NCBI GenBank assembly: GCA_043228905.1
Contig: JBHGNT010000022.1
Location: 9,548,001-9,612,000, forward strand
Length of the DNA stretch: 64,000 nucleotides
Direction: 5' to 3'
Source: Azolla caroliniana
Lineage: Eukaryota; Plantae; Polypodiophyta
Below the pieces are notes generated by a model, which saw nothing but the letters and a program-made list of their open reading frames with translations, did no database searches and was not told where the DNA came from. Made by a program: the position numbers and the translations under genes. This document shows positions 51,501 through 63,329 of this stretch, piece after piece. Position 1 is the stretch's first letter. Every line of letters begins with the position of its first letter.

Positions 51501-52161
51501 GAAGAAAATAGCAAAATAAATGGAACATGCATAGGGCAAGATTCGAACCTTGCACCTCCATGTTAATAATGTAATGTCTTACCATTACACTAGCATTTCA
51601 TTAGTGTTAAAGTATAGATGTCCCACATAGAAAGCTAAATTCACGCTAGGATAAACATTAGAAAAACGCATAACAAAAGAAAAAGCTACACATACACATC
51701 TAGCGTGCATGATAAAAAACGCACAAGTTAGAAAAAAGCATGATCACTTTAGATAAAGCATATAGTCTATCTATAGGAAAAGCATGGGGTCTATAGTTAG
51801 AGAAAAAGCATAGATTACTAAGACTTCCTCATCACTACATAAGGATGGGGAGCACAATGTAATTGTGTGTGAAAAATATTTGGAAACTGGATATGTTTCT
51901 AAAAAACACCAATTAATAAACTATACTCGTGGGATTCACGAGAATTCTATATCATTCTCTTTCAACCGAAGTTTATATTCTTATATTCATATTGATTAAT
52001 CTAATACAATACACTCGTGGGATTCACGAGTTTGCTATAACTCTTTCTTACAACATATTTATATTCTTATTAGCCTTAAAACTCTCCTCTTCCTAGTCCA
52101 AAACCTCGGCGGTTCCCACCCGACTCACGCAACGATCCGGAGCCGAAAGGCACGACACAGT

Positions 52162-52178
52162 TGGTGAACCCGACGTGA
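52162..52178 (+). promoter_or_regulatory. Primer-binding site complementary to the tRNA-Trp 3' end
   Basis: TGGTGAACCCGACGTGA is the reverse complement of TCACGTCGGGTTCACCA, the plant cytosolic tRNA-Trp 3' end. Confidence 0.85.
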
Positions 52179-52195
52179 AGGCGGGTGGCAAGGAG

Positions 52196-54130
52196 ATGGA
52201 GAATCAACAAGAGGCAATGAGCATAACGATGATGATGATGTTCGAGCGGATGCTACAAGAACAACGAGCGATGTCGGAGATGAAGGCGGCAGTAGAGCGG
52301 CTTCTGCGACGAAACAGGGAATTCAACGGTAAGGGTGTGTCACGCTACCTACGTGAATATAAGGCGGAGATGATGCAATATCGGATACCGGAAGGATTGC
52401 AAGTGATATCCTTTAGTCGGGTGGCCTCGGACGAACTACAAGAGAGAATCCACAAGATACAACAACAAAACTCGACATGGGAGTCCTTTGAAGAAGCTTT
52501 ACGGGAGGCATATGACTATGAGAGATGGACGGGACGAGATCGACGAGAATTCGACGAATGGGTGGCGTCGGAGAAGACTCACCGAAGTGCAACGCAAGCG
52601 TTCCTAGAGTTCGAGCATCGTTTTGCTCGACTCTCGGAGCGGGAACGAAGATTGGTGGGAGGAGATAAAGTCTTAATGTTCGTAAGATCGATCGATCGGA
52701 AAGAAAGGATGGACATTGGGATCGAACTCGAAGATGATGACGGTGCGAACGGCCTTACCGAGGATTGGGCTAAAGTCGAAAGGGTATGCCGAAGACATGA
52801 TGAAAGGAAGCTGAGAATCTCGTCAACAACGACATGGCCCATGAAGGATGGTCGATTGAGGAAAAACGATGAAGCCAATATGAAGGCCGAAATACAACAT
52901 GATGGTACCACGGGAGAAAGAGTGGAACAAGACACCCACTCGTCTTGTGAAAGAACGATGGCGAAGGATAAGGCCGATAATTCAAGTGTAGAAGGAAATT
53001 TCGGGATACAAGTGCCCGAGACATCGGGTCAAAAAGGGGTAAGCATAATAGATGTTTGCATAATTGATGCAGATAAAGAGTGTGAAGCGGATGTGATTAA
53101 GGAGGTAGCCACAAAAGACGAAATCGAATCGGAGGTGGCTAAGGACGAATCAATGGCGGATTGCCATATCGAGACTTCCCCACCACTGATTCCAGAGACT
53201 CCGGCGGTTGCGATCGAAAGGCAACGTGAGACCGAAGAGACGGAAGGTGGCGGAGAGAAAACGAATGTCGAAGCCGACGAATACGATGAAGAGATAGCCG
53301 AGAAGAATGCTAAGGGTGAAACTACGAAAGAAGGTAATACCGAGGATTCATGCCAACAATATCTAGAGACTTCGGCGGTTGTGTCCGAGAACCAACGTGA
53401 GACCGGAGAGACGGGAGATGGCGGCGAGGAAGGTAAAGTCGGAAGTCGGTTCGGATGGAAAATGATCCATCCGAAATTCCAATCTAAAAGAAAGTGCGAC
53501 AATGCGGAGGTCGGGTCTACGACGGGAGAAGCGCGTAATACAGAGCACGCTCTACGGCGAATAAAGAAACGCGTGTTATGGCGAATAAAGAAGCACGCGC
53601 TACGGCGAGAAAAGAAGCATGCATTACAACCACACGAGGACCGAACAACGAGCACATATCGGAGGACCTACGTGGCGAACAACGGAAAGAAGTGCCGAAA
53701 GTCGAACCGGACAAGGCAGGTGAAAACGAAGAAAAGAAAGCAAATCCGGACGAAAAGAAAAGAAAAGAAACCGACCCGAAAGAGCACTGAATCGGTAAAA
53801 ACCGATCAACCGAGTCCGGATCGATCGAATACAAATCGGAAAGGAAGCCGAACTAAACGAAAGACGATCCGACGAGACCGAATCGGAAGTAAGCTAATCC
53901 GACTAAACCGAAAATCCGAAAAGAAGTCGAGATTGATGAAGAAAAGAAAGAGGGCAAGAAAAGATACTACCGCGGATGACAAGGACCAAGCGGGCCATGC
54001 AAAAAGCGAACATAGAATATGGTGGATCGGATGGCAACGAAACCAATCGGGTAGAGACCGGACGGAGGAGAGTAACAAACACCAACAACTTCGGCACATA
54101 CCGGAGGATGTGCGGGTTTGGAGGGGGTGA
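52196..54130 (+). CDS. Gag-like protein with acidic middle and Lys/Arg-rich C-terminus; no protease, RT or integrase
   Basis: Intact ORF from PBS to PPT. N-terminus FNGKGVSRYLREY..TWESFEEALREAY resembles a gypsy capsid. Confidence 0.75.
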   Translation: MENQQEAMSITMMMMFERMLQEQRAMSEMKAAVERLLRRNREFNGKGVSRYLREYKAEMMQYRIPEGLQVISFSRVASDELQERIHKIQQQNSTWESFEEALREAYDYERWTGRDRREFDEWVASEKTHRSATQAFLEFEHRFARLSERERRLVGGDKVLMFVRSIDRKERMDIGIELEDDDGANGLTEDWAKVERVCRRHDERKLRISSTTTWPMKDGRLRKNDEANMKAEIQHDGTTGERVEQDTHSSCERTMAKDKADNSSVEGNFGIQVPETSGQKGVSIIDVCIIDADKECEADVIKEVATKDEIESEVAKDESMADCHIETSPPLIPETPAVAIERQRETEETEGGGEKTNVEADEYDEEIAEKNAKGETTKEGNTEDSCQQYLETSAVVSENQRETGETGDGGEEGKVGSRFGWKMIHPKFQSKRKCDNAEVGSTTGEARNTEHALRRIKKRVLWRIKKHALRREKKHALQPHEDRTTSTYRRTYVANNGKKCRKSNRTRQVKTKKRKQIRTKRKEKKPTRKSTESVKTDQPSPDRSNTNRKGSRTKRKTIRRDRIGSKLIRLNRKSEKKSRLMKKRKRARKDTTADDKDQAGHAKSEHRIWWIGWQRNQSGRDRTEESNKHQQLRHIPEDVRVWRG

Positions 54131-57100
54131 GTGTCGTAGTGTATTTTGTACACTACGTGAAAAACGTATATAGTATTAGATTCAATAAAAAATGAAGAAA
54201 TAGAAGAAAATAGCAAAATAAATGGAACATGCATAGGGCAAGATTCGAACCTTGCACCTCCATGTTAATAATGTAATGTCTTACCATTACACTAGCATTT
54301 CATTAGTGTTAAAGTATAGATGTCCCACATAGAAAGCTAAATTCACGCTAGGATAAACATTAGAAAAACGCATAACAAAAGAAAAAGCTACACATACACA
54401 TCTAGCGTGCATGATAAAAAACGCACAAGTTAGAAAAAAGCATGATCACTTTAGATAAAGCATATAGTCTATCTATAGGAAAAGCATGGGGTCTATAGTT
54501 AGAGAAAAAGCATAGATTACTAAGACTTCCTCATCACTACATAAGGATGGGGAGCACAATGTAATTGTGTGTGAAAAATATTTGGAAACTGGATATGTTT
54601 CTAAAAAACACCAATTAATAAACTATACTCGTGGGATTCACGAGAATTCTATATCATTCTCTTTCAACCGAAGTTTATATTCTTATATTCATATTGATTA
54701 ATCTAATACAATACACTCGTGGGATTCACGAGTTTGCTATAACTCTTTCTTACAACATATTTATATTCTTATTAGCCTTAAAACTCTCCTCTTCCTAGTC
54801 CAAAACCTCGGCGGTTCCCACCCGACTCACGCAACGATCCGGAGCCGAAAGGCACGACAACGTCATGGTGGGATGTATTTTATAGTGATTAGAAAGAAAT
54901 TATAGACAATTGTGTATCTGTTGATAATTGGAATTTGGAAACGCCATTCACATGGTCGTTGCAACATGATCGCGTAAATAGAAGTCCGGAGCAACTAGTA
55001 AATGCGATTAATGACAGCTTGGTCCATCCACAACAAAGAGACATTTATGTGGGACCAAGGATGACCAAAGCAGCCGAAGCTAGATGGCAAGGAAATTTGC
55101 AAGAGCTCACCGCGGGGATGTTGATTGCAACGCCGGCTGATGAGAACTCACATGGCCACCAATTTTGGGTTGGTAAAATTCTAGAAGTGCTAATGCATGA
55201 AATAGAAAACACGATCAAGTCTATAAATGTTCATTGGTACAACACTAGAAGTGCAAATGCTTTTACAGGTAAGTATACATTGGAGATCATTGAATGCCAA
55301 ACAAGAAGGGGAGGTAGGAAGAGGAAGCGAAACATTCGTAACACCTCGACCCTTGATATCTCTGATGTGGATATCATCGTGTACGACTTCACACTTACAA
55401 AAGCCGGACGATTAAGGAAGTCAACAATAGATATAATAAAAGAAAAATTACCAGGTCTACAAGGTGGCTTGAGTCAAAGGCAAACGAGATTTGCTACATA
55501 TAATCTAGAGTCCAACCATTTGGTTTATGACGAAGATAATGCACTGATTGGTACATCCGAGGATGATGAGGAGGAATCGTCATTGTATATTAGTTATAGT
55601 AGTGATTCTCCGTAAAGGAGTGATCATGAATGTATATTTGGCTATTAAGTGTAACTACATTCCGCTTGTAACAAATCGAGTAATATAAAATCATGTGTTT
55701 TGAATCCTTATGATTTCTAAAAAATTGTTTCTTATAAAATAACATTGGTTGTGAAGTTTGTGATATAAATTGAGAATGTATCTTTTTGAAATTCGTCTTT
55801 TTTTAGTTACTTCTAAATCACGAAAATAGTGGATTTTTAACCTTTTTCATAGTATGTTTGAACATGTATGATACTGGTATCAATGTGTTTTGTAAAATCA
55901 TTGAAAAACCCCTAAAATTTTCCTTATCCTTCCATTTATGCGCGATCCTTCCACTTGTGAACGCGAACGTGTTACTCCATAAAAGTTGCCACTATAGTCG
56001 GGAGCTTCTTGTTGTAGATGGGATAGTTGATTTCTGGAGCTGTGAATTTTCGGGAGTAGTACGCCACCGGATGTAGGATGCCATCATCATCAGGTTGGTA
56101 TAAGATGGCACCAATGGCAAAGTCAGAGGCATCTATTTCAACTTGAAAAGGTTTAGAAGGGTCGACGTGAAAGAGGATTGGAGCCCGGGTAAAAGCTTCC
56201 TTGAGTAGGTCGAAGGTGTGTTGAGTAGATGGAGTCCATTGAAACGACATCCCTTTACGAGTAAGCTCAATCAAGGGTTGGACTATGACGGAGAACCCCT
56301 TGATAAATCGTCGATAGAAATTTACCAAACCAAGGAACGAATGGACATCCTTTACTCGTTTTGGAGTGGCCCATTCTTGAATTGTCTTGATTTTCCTTGG
56401 ATCCATGGTGATGCCCTGGGGGGAGATAACATAACCAAGAAATTCTATGGAATTGCAATCAAACTCACATTTTTCTCTCTTGGCATAGAGGCCATGCTCC
56501 CTGAGTTTCAAGAGAATCAATCGAACGTGATGAGTATGCTCTTCAATGCTCGACGAGAAGACAAGAATGGCATCAAGGTAGATAACGACAAAGTGATTGA
56601 CATATTCTCGAAATATGTCGTTCATCATATGTTGAAAAACAGCTAGAGCATTGGTGAGTCCAAAAGGCATTACCTTGTACTCGAAGTTTCCGTATCGCGT
56701 ACGAAATGTCGTCTTCCATTCATTACCAGGTTTAATCCGAACCAAGTTGTATGCTCCCCGCAAGTCAATCTTGGGGAAGACCTATGCACAACGAAGGCGA
56801 TTGAGGAGCTCTGGGATGAGAAGTAAAGGGTATCGATTACGTACTGTGATTTTATTGAGGCCACGGTAATCCACGCATAGACACAACGATCCATCCTTTT
56901 TCTTCACAAACAAGATGGGGGGCCCAGCTGGTGACTTAGATGGTTGGATGAAGCCCTTCTCCAAATTTTCATCGAGATATGTGTGAAGAGCCTCTAGTTC
57001 TGGTTCAGAGAGACCATAAATGGGCCCAAAGGGTGGAGATGTGCCCTCTTGTACATCGATTGGACAATCATATGGTCAATGCTCCAGTAAGTGATCTGCA

Positions 57101-60082
57101 TTCTTCTTCTCGAACACATCAGCAAAGTCACCATATTTAGATGGAAGTGATTCTAGATTGTCTTTCATAGGAACCAAAGTTGGGGTACTTGACTCTGCAT
57201 CATTGCCCATTGAGATGGAGTGCATTGTGACTGGGGCATGAGCATCCGAGTGCATTAGTCCGAGTTGAATGGCAGAGTGCTCGACAGAAAACGATTCGGG
57301 CCATTCTGACACAGCCGCTCCAACCTCCATGTGAGTTTGCGGTTCTAAAGTAAGTGAGTGGTTGTGCCAATCTATAGCAGGGTTATTCGCTTTCAACCAA
57401 GACAACCCAAGTATGATTGGATGCCGCAGTGAAGTGATGAGGTAAAATGATAAGGCCTCATGATGGGTCCCAAGCTACAAAATGAGGGGGACCATGGCTT
57501 TGGTGACTGCGCCAAAGGAGAGCATTCACCCATCGATAGCTTCAACTGGGATAGGCTTGGAAAACCGGACAACATGAAAGTTGTGTTTACGAATGAACGT
57601 TTTGTCCATAAAACACGTTGTGGCCCCGGAATCGAGTAGTGCTAAGGATTGAATTGAAATAGACTGGAAACAGAGAGTTACCTCGAAGGAAAAGTTGTCA
57701 GTAGAACTTTGGGAGCAACATGTATGTCTGTTGTCCAACCGCATGGCTCCTACGGTAGATGGACATCGTGATTTTTCGAATGTTGGGATCCACTAATTGG
57801 ATTGTCCCGATAGACTTGTCCTAGATTGCTTTTGAGTGGGCAAAAACGAATTAGATGGGTAGAGGCGTCACAGTATAGACATAACCCATTGGTTCGTCGA
57901 TGGTGTCGTTCGGCTGTGGTGAGTGGGGCTCGAGCTCGATCAATTTCCATCGGCATAGGATCATTGAACGATGTCGTTGGAGAAGATCTTGCAGTCACTT
58001 GGGGTTGTACCATAGGTTTAACGTGGAGAAAGGGCGGCAACTTGGAAGTTGCCCGTTCCTCTTGTCGAAGTTCAAAAAGGTGGTTGTCACAACTGACTGC
58101 TTGTTTCATGGCTTGCGATAATGAATTCGGCTCCGGGAAGTTTAGTAGTAGATTCTTAACATCAGTTCGAAGGCCCTGACGAAAATGGTCGCAAAGGGCT
58201 TGGTCATCCCACTGAACGTCACATGCCAATTGTCTAAATTCATATGCATAAATAGACACTGGATGCTTACCTTGATGTAATGAATAGATTTTGGTAAGGC
58301 TTGTTCGACGTCGACTCGTATCCCCAAATGTCGCCTCGAACTCTTCTAGGAAAGCAGAAAAATTGTTGAGAAGTGGCGATGATGTTTCGACCAAAGGTGC
58401 GAAGCAGCTTTGTGCCGCTCCTGAGAGGAGAGTCCCAACGAGGCCAACTCGGCAAAAATCATTCGCATATCTTTGGGGTTGTAGTCAGATAATAAGCTTG
58501 ATCTGATTTATGAACCCCCGGAATCGCATCCTTGTGCCATCGAACTTGTCGGGTAAACTAACATTGGGTTCTATAGTTGAAGTGGGGTGAAGAGGAATTG
58601 GAGCGAGGATTAACGAGGGGCCAAGCTCTACAGATTGGAGATTCCTTGATGTAGGAGGGCACTTGGGTTCTTCATTCTCCAATTCCATTCGAGTCCTAGC
58701 TTGGAGTTTCTGGAGAGATTCCCGAAGATTCTAATTTTCAAGTTGAAGTTGATGCATGGCTGCCAATAGTTGATTTATGTTCTCGGTAGAATCTAACATG
58801 ATGAGGCTTTGGAGATGGAAGGTGAACAAACTATCATGGACAAGTAGATGAGGCTCAATACTAAGAGAGTGAGAGAGAGAGCATAGACAGGATAATAAGA
58901 AAGAGAGAGAGAGAAAGTAGTCATGACAACAAGAACTGAATTATGATTCTGTAACTGGTGTTGTTCACCTTGACTAAAGCCAAGGGTGAACACCTGTATT
59001 TATACATGTTTATGGGCTCTAAATGTAGCTCCATGCAAAGACTTATTTTCATGCACAAGCTTCTAGAATGTTCTAGCTTCTAGAGCTTTCTAGAAGCTTC
59101 TAAAATCCTACATGTAGAATAGATAATCTGCAATAATGTAGTGAAGTAACATGGTTATGTATTGGATGTATTGGTTAAAACATATCAATTAAATACAATA
59201 GGTTAAGAGTTCGAATCATGGCATGACTATTGTCATGTCCATGACAGCTTTTGGTTGTGTCAGCCTCGTCCGAATCAGCCTCTATTTCCTTGACCTTGTC
59301 CTCTTCCTCCATTGAGGTTCGAATAGAGCATCAAATGACCTTCATGTGAGTTGTTCCTTTGTTGAACATGATTTTCTTCGACCAACAATATCGACTAGAG
59401 ATCGAAGGAGGAGGGAGGATTCTCTCTCGTGAGAACGGTCGACCTTATTGCTCTGAATCGAGGTGCCAAGCCTCCAAGGCATATTTGCTCCATTTTTTCA
59501 TCATCGATGACAACATTAATCGACCTGAGGGCATCGCACAGCTCCTTGATCTTCAAGGTGTAGATGTCGATTGACATGTCCCTCTATTGAATACTATTCA
59601 GCTCCTGTCAGAGTTGGAGTTTACGTGTAGTCGTGTTGGCTGCGAAAATCTTCTTGAGATTGCCCCATGCCTCTTTCGCTGTTTTTGACTCTCGAATGTA
59701 GTCGAGCATGTGATCATGAACGCATGATGCAAGGCAGTACAACACACGGCTCGTGGCCTGCTTCCAAGTTGGGTAATCGGTGTGTGTTGGGTTGGGTTAC
59801 GTTTCGTGAGCACCTTCAATATAGCTCCAATAGCCTTGTCAGACAAGGTATTGATGCATCGTGTGCACCCAAGATGCGAAGTTTGTTCGATCTACTAGCT
59901 TCTCTATAGGAAAAGCGCTTCCCATATGAGTGTTCATGATTTCGATTTCTCCTCTGTTTCTTGAACCGGTTCGGATGATCGTCGGTGTTGTGATCATAGC
60001 ACAGTTGAGCGAGTTTTATCAGATAACCACTCGCTCTGATACCATGTAAAGAATGGAGAGAGATTTAGTGCAGTGGAAGATG

Positions 60083-60139
<57 letters not shown>

Positions 60140-61079
60140 ACGTAAGACACGCACACAGAGAGAGAGAGAGATTGAACAAGACACTATATACTACTTCCAA
60201 CGACAACTAAGTTACAAATGGTTGGTTTAAATACCAACTAGGCTAGGGCAAGTGCCCTTTCAACTATTTACAAAACTAGCTTGGTGTGTCCATGAGCTTG
60301 TATGAAACCTATCTCTATGGGAAGTTGAGTTCGACTCTCAACAATCTCTAATGTTACCCAAATGATCTTGGTTTAGGGCTTAATTAATCTATCTTTAGTC
60401 GTTAAGCACTTGTATTAAGATGGATTGTAACTAATTAAGCATGATGTTTGATCCCTCGTGCTTTCTTTGCATTTAGTTTCTTAAGTGTGTATAACTTAAG
60501 TCTAATGGGTGACTTCACTTGATTCATAATTGTGCTCTTTATGAGAGTTTTAGAGCTAGATGAATGAGAGTTTGGTGACCTCACTAGTGGCTAAGGACTA
60601 ACTGACACACGTCCTTTCTCGTGTTGTTGGTAATAGGGTAGACGTTGTTATGATGTGGAGAAAGTATAGAAGGAATTGAGTTAGGGTTGATATATATTAA
60701 AAGTTTGTAAGGGTTTGCGTTATGAGAGGGAAGTCAAAGCTTGAGTCCTACTTGGACCATAAGAGAGAGAGTAAGTGGATGAATTAATGGAATGGTGGCC
60801 ATTATAATTAGTTTTTTGCTAGCATTAAGAGCTAGAGAAAAAGTAGAGCCTGCAAATGGGGGGGGGGGGGGGGGGGCGGGGGGGAATGTGGTGCATGCTA
60901 AAATAAAAAAGCACTGACTATATTTATTTGTGATAGAGCCTTTCAAATCATATAAAAAGGTGGAGAGGGCTCATTGTTTGGGGGGGGGGGAGGGAAAGAC
61001 AAGGCGAAAGCGCTCCCGAAATACGAAGAGAGCTAAAGGGTTACAAATCAAGAGGTCATACAAGATCGACAACAACAAA

Positions 61080-61464
61080 AAGCAACCTGGCCGTTGTTCG
61101 TTGAGATCTTAGAAACCGTGGTTTAAACGGTTTTTTATTTATTTTATTTTTTTAAGTAAAAAAAAATTTTAATTTTGTGTTTAAACAATCTTTTCATTTT
61201 CATGCCTTATTCTCACATTTTAGGAAAATCTTTAAAATTTTGAAAATTTAAATAATGAAATATTTTAAATTTTAAATTTTGACATGAGCTAAAAACCGAA
61301 ACCGAACCACGAAACCGCGGTTTTGCCGATTTAATTGCTTAACGGTTTGAAAACAATTTTATGGTTCTGTTTAGTGGTTTCGTGGTTCGGTTCAGGTTTC
61401 AAATATTTTAAACGGTTTGGTTTTGACCCTCTCGAACCGAACCGTTGTCGATTGTTATATCCTA
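61080..61464. mobile_element. AAACCG-rich hAT-type MITE end
   Basis: Clustered AAACCG/CGGTTT motifs ending ...ATATCCTA (TAGG terminus). Left boundary unclear. Confidence 0.55.
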
Positions 61465-61472
61465 GTGTAAAA

Positions 61473-61754
61473 TACATGTTGTCATTGCCAAAGAGGGAAT
61501 ATTAGAAAGAGATCTAGTCCTTCCATGTCAGAACATAGTAACATGGAATATATTAATATCAGGATATGTTGAACATGGAAATGGTGATGAAGTTCTCAAG
61601 CTTTATGAGAGAATGCAACTTGAGGGTGTGCGAAATGTAATTATCTTTACCTAGAAAGATTGGACTATTGGGCTATTTTTGTATATTGCCTCTGGCCACT
61701 TTACTTTTAATACCAATGGAGGATATTTTTTCATGAGAAAAAGAAAAAAGAAGC
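61473..61754 (+). pseudogene. Retroposed PPR fragment
   Basis: IHVVIAKEGILERDLV..NIVTWNILISGYVEHGNGDEVLKLYERMQLEGV, then an A-rich tail. Flanked by the 14-bp direct repeat ATCCTAGTGTAAAA (61459-61472, 61755-61768). Confidence 0.8.
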
Positions 61755-61899
61755 ATCCTAGTGTAAAAATTTTGGGCAACAAGAGTTGAACCCACCACGC
61801 CGGCCAAAGCAAACGAGATAAGTTTCTGACAAACAGTGCTCAAGGATAGGACGAAAATTAATAAAAGCTATCTAACTTTCATAATTACCTTTCGTGCAA

Positions 61900-62830
61900 C
61901 CCAAATATGACATCAAACTACATCAAGTTCCATTGCATCCTATATCCAATTTCTCATGGAAGTTTTCAATCGTAAGGTCAAGTCCTACTAATTTATGATC
62001 GTATTTAGCCTGATCCATCTCTACATTATACACTATTAATAAAAAGAATTACTAAAAACAAGTTAATCATGTATATAGACATTATCTATCCTCATATGAG
62101 TCTATATGCATGATGTCAAGTTGGATGTTAGCTTCCTTGAATAATAGATTATTTTCTATGATGTCCACTTATGTTAGCATTGCAAATGTGACTTCCTATT
62201 CCATTGCATCCTATGTCCAATTTCTCATGGAGGTTTTTGATGGTAAAGTCAAGTCCCACAACTTCATGATCATATTTAACCTTGTCATCATGCATCTCTA
62301 CATTATACACTTACTACAAAGGTTGAATTGGTAGCATGTACTTTCAACATGCGCTTGTTAGTAGTATGAGTAATAACTTGATAATCTCACTAAACACGAG
62401 TTTTCACTTCCACACAAAGTTAATCTTTATAAATTGATATAGGCTCTACCCACTTCATCTTCAATGTTCTAACCGTCATGAGAACATTGGTTTCCAATTC
62501 CAAAGTATGAGGTTGGTTCCCCACTAGTGGAGTTCTCTACTTTAAGGTTAATATAAGATTTTATCTCATGCTTCTTTGCAACATCTTTGCTTGTTAGAGT
62601 TTCATCTCGGTTGAGGATAAAGTCAACATACACTTCTTCCTTCCACTCCAATCTTGACTTTTTCTACAACCCGATAAACAGTTCCTGCCTACTCGAAAAG
62701 GAGCAATATGAATCTTACTGAGAGAAAAAACTAAATCAAATTTAGAAGACAAGGTACTTAAACGACTTCTCAATTCCTTATTTATATAATAAGTTGGAGA
62801 AATGCACGACCTTTCTACCATTTATAGCAT
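61900..62830 (-). mobile_element. Decayed copia-like remnant with ~110-bp duplication
   Basis: TTCCATTGCATCCTAT.TCCAATTTCTCATGGA occurs at ~61928 and ~62199; the minus strand resembles the copia W..AMEEE region. Confidence 0.4.
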
Positions 62831-63329
62831 TAAAATAGCATTAGTCTACCATGGATCCTTACATGAAGGTTAAGTTTGATATTTCCCCTTTTTTGTTATT
62901 TTCATATCACCAATCATGCCTCAGTTGAACAAGACCTAGTCAATTTCTTAATTTACTAAGACAAATCCATACGAATATTCCTGAGAAAGAGGCATTCATT
63001 ATTAGGAAAAATTATTCATCAATGATTACCTTTTTTATACAATTCATTTCCCAAAAAACAACTAAATATAGTTACATTTGTTTTTTCTATTATCTTGGAC
63101 TCAAAACCTCATCACAACAATTGAATTCTCGTCATTCTGTGCAAATATACATTCGTTAGCTGAAAAACTATCACTTCACAATCCCTGTTTTTCTACCCCT
63201 AGAATTTGTCCACAATTACCCCCTTATAACCCACCATTCATTTGTATGTTTTTATTCTTAATTCAGTCAAATGCTGTGTTGATGTACCTGCCCTCATATT
63301 GTAGAAGCAAATGGCTAAAATCAATGTTC

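Larger units (their letters stand above)
51430..54859 (+). mobile_element. Very young non-autonomous gag-only LTR retrotransposon
   Basis: Two 728-bp LTRs (51430-52157, 54132-54859) with no difference seen by eye; 4-bp TSD ACGT; PPT GGAGGGGGTGAG; a single internal ORF. Confidence 0.96.
49401..55615 (+). pseudogene. Transposase, ~926 aa when rejoined (49401-51429 + 54864-55615); disrupted by an LTR insertion and one TAG at 54890
   Basis: Motifs IDGMDQKKT.LPH, YIQLDNTARENKN and FLLVGHTHDHIDQMFS (three Asp); CxxC; N-terminal 13-aa repeats. The frame is continuous across the ACGT TSD (QQDT|SWWDVF). Confidence 0.85.
47222..55977 (+). mobile_element. Sola1-like (DUF7869-type) DDD DNA transposon with two divergent genes; left end apparently deleted
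   Basis: Splits gypsy RNase H between ATFME and YLTGAQH, with a few gypsy codons missing. Encodes a DDD transposase. The right end has TCCTTCCA..CGCGA repeats ending GTGTTACTC; the left junction cuts through an ORF. Confidence 0.75.
45027..59246 (-). mobile_element. Tcn1-like chromovirus no. 2, interrupted in RNase H by a DNA transposon
   Basis: LTRs 45027-45430 and 58832-59246; PPT at 45431. Gag 57750-58690, protease LLDSGA, RT 55972-56964, integrase 45934-47218, chromodomain (EEFEVDKILDSR). TSD degenerate (TCTCT/GCTTT). Confidence 0.93.

Noticed and set aside
52579-54234. Antisense ORFs in the gag-only element
   Set aside because: Shadows of a purine-rich sense ORF with no recognisable motifs.
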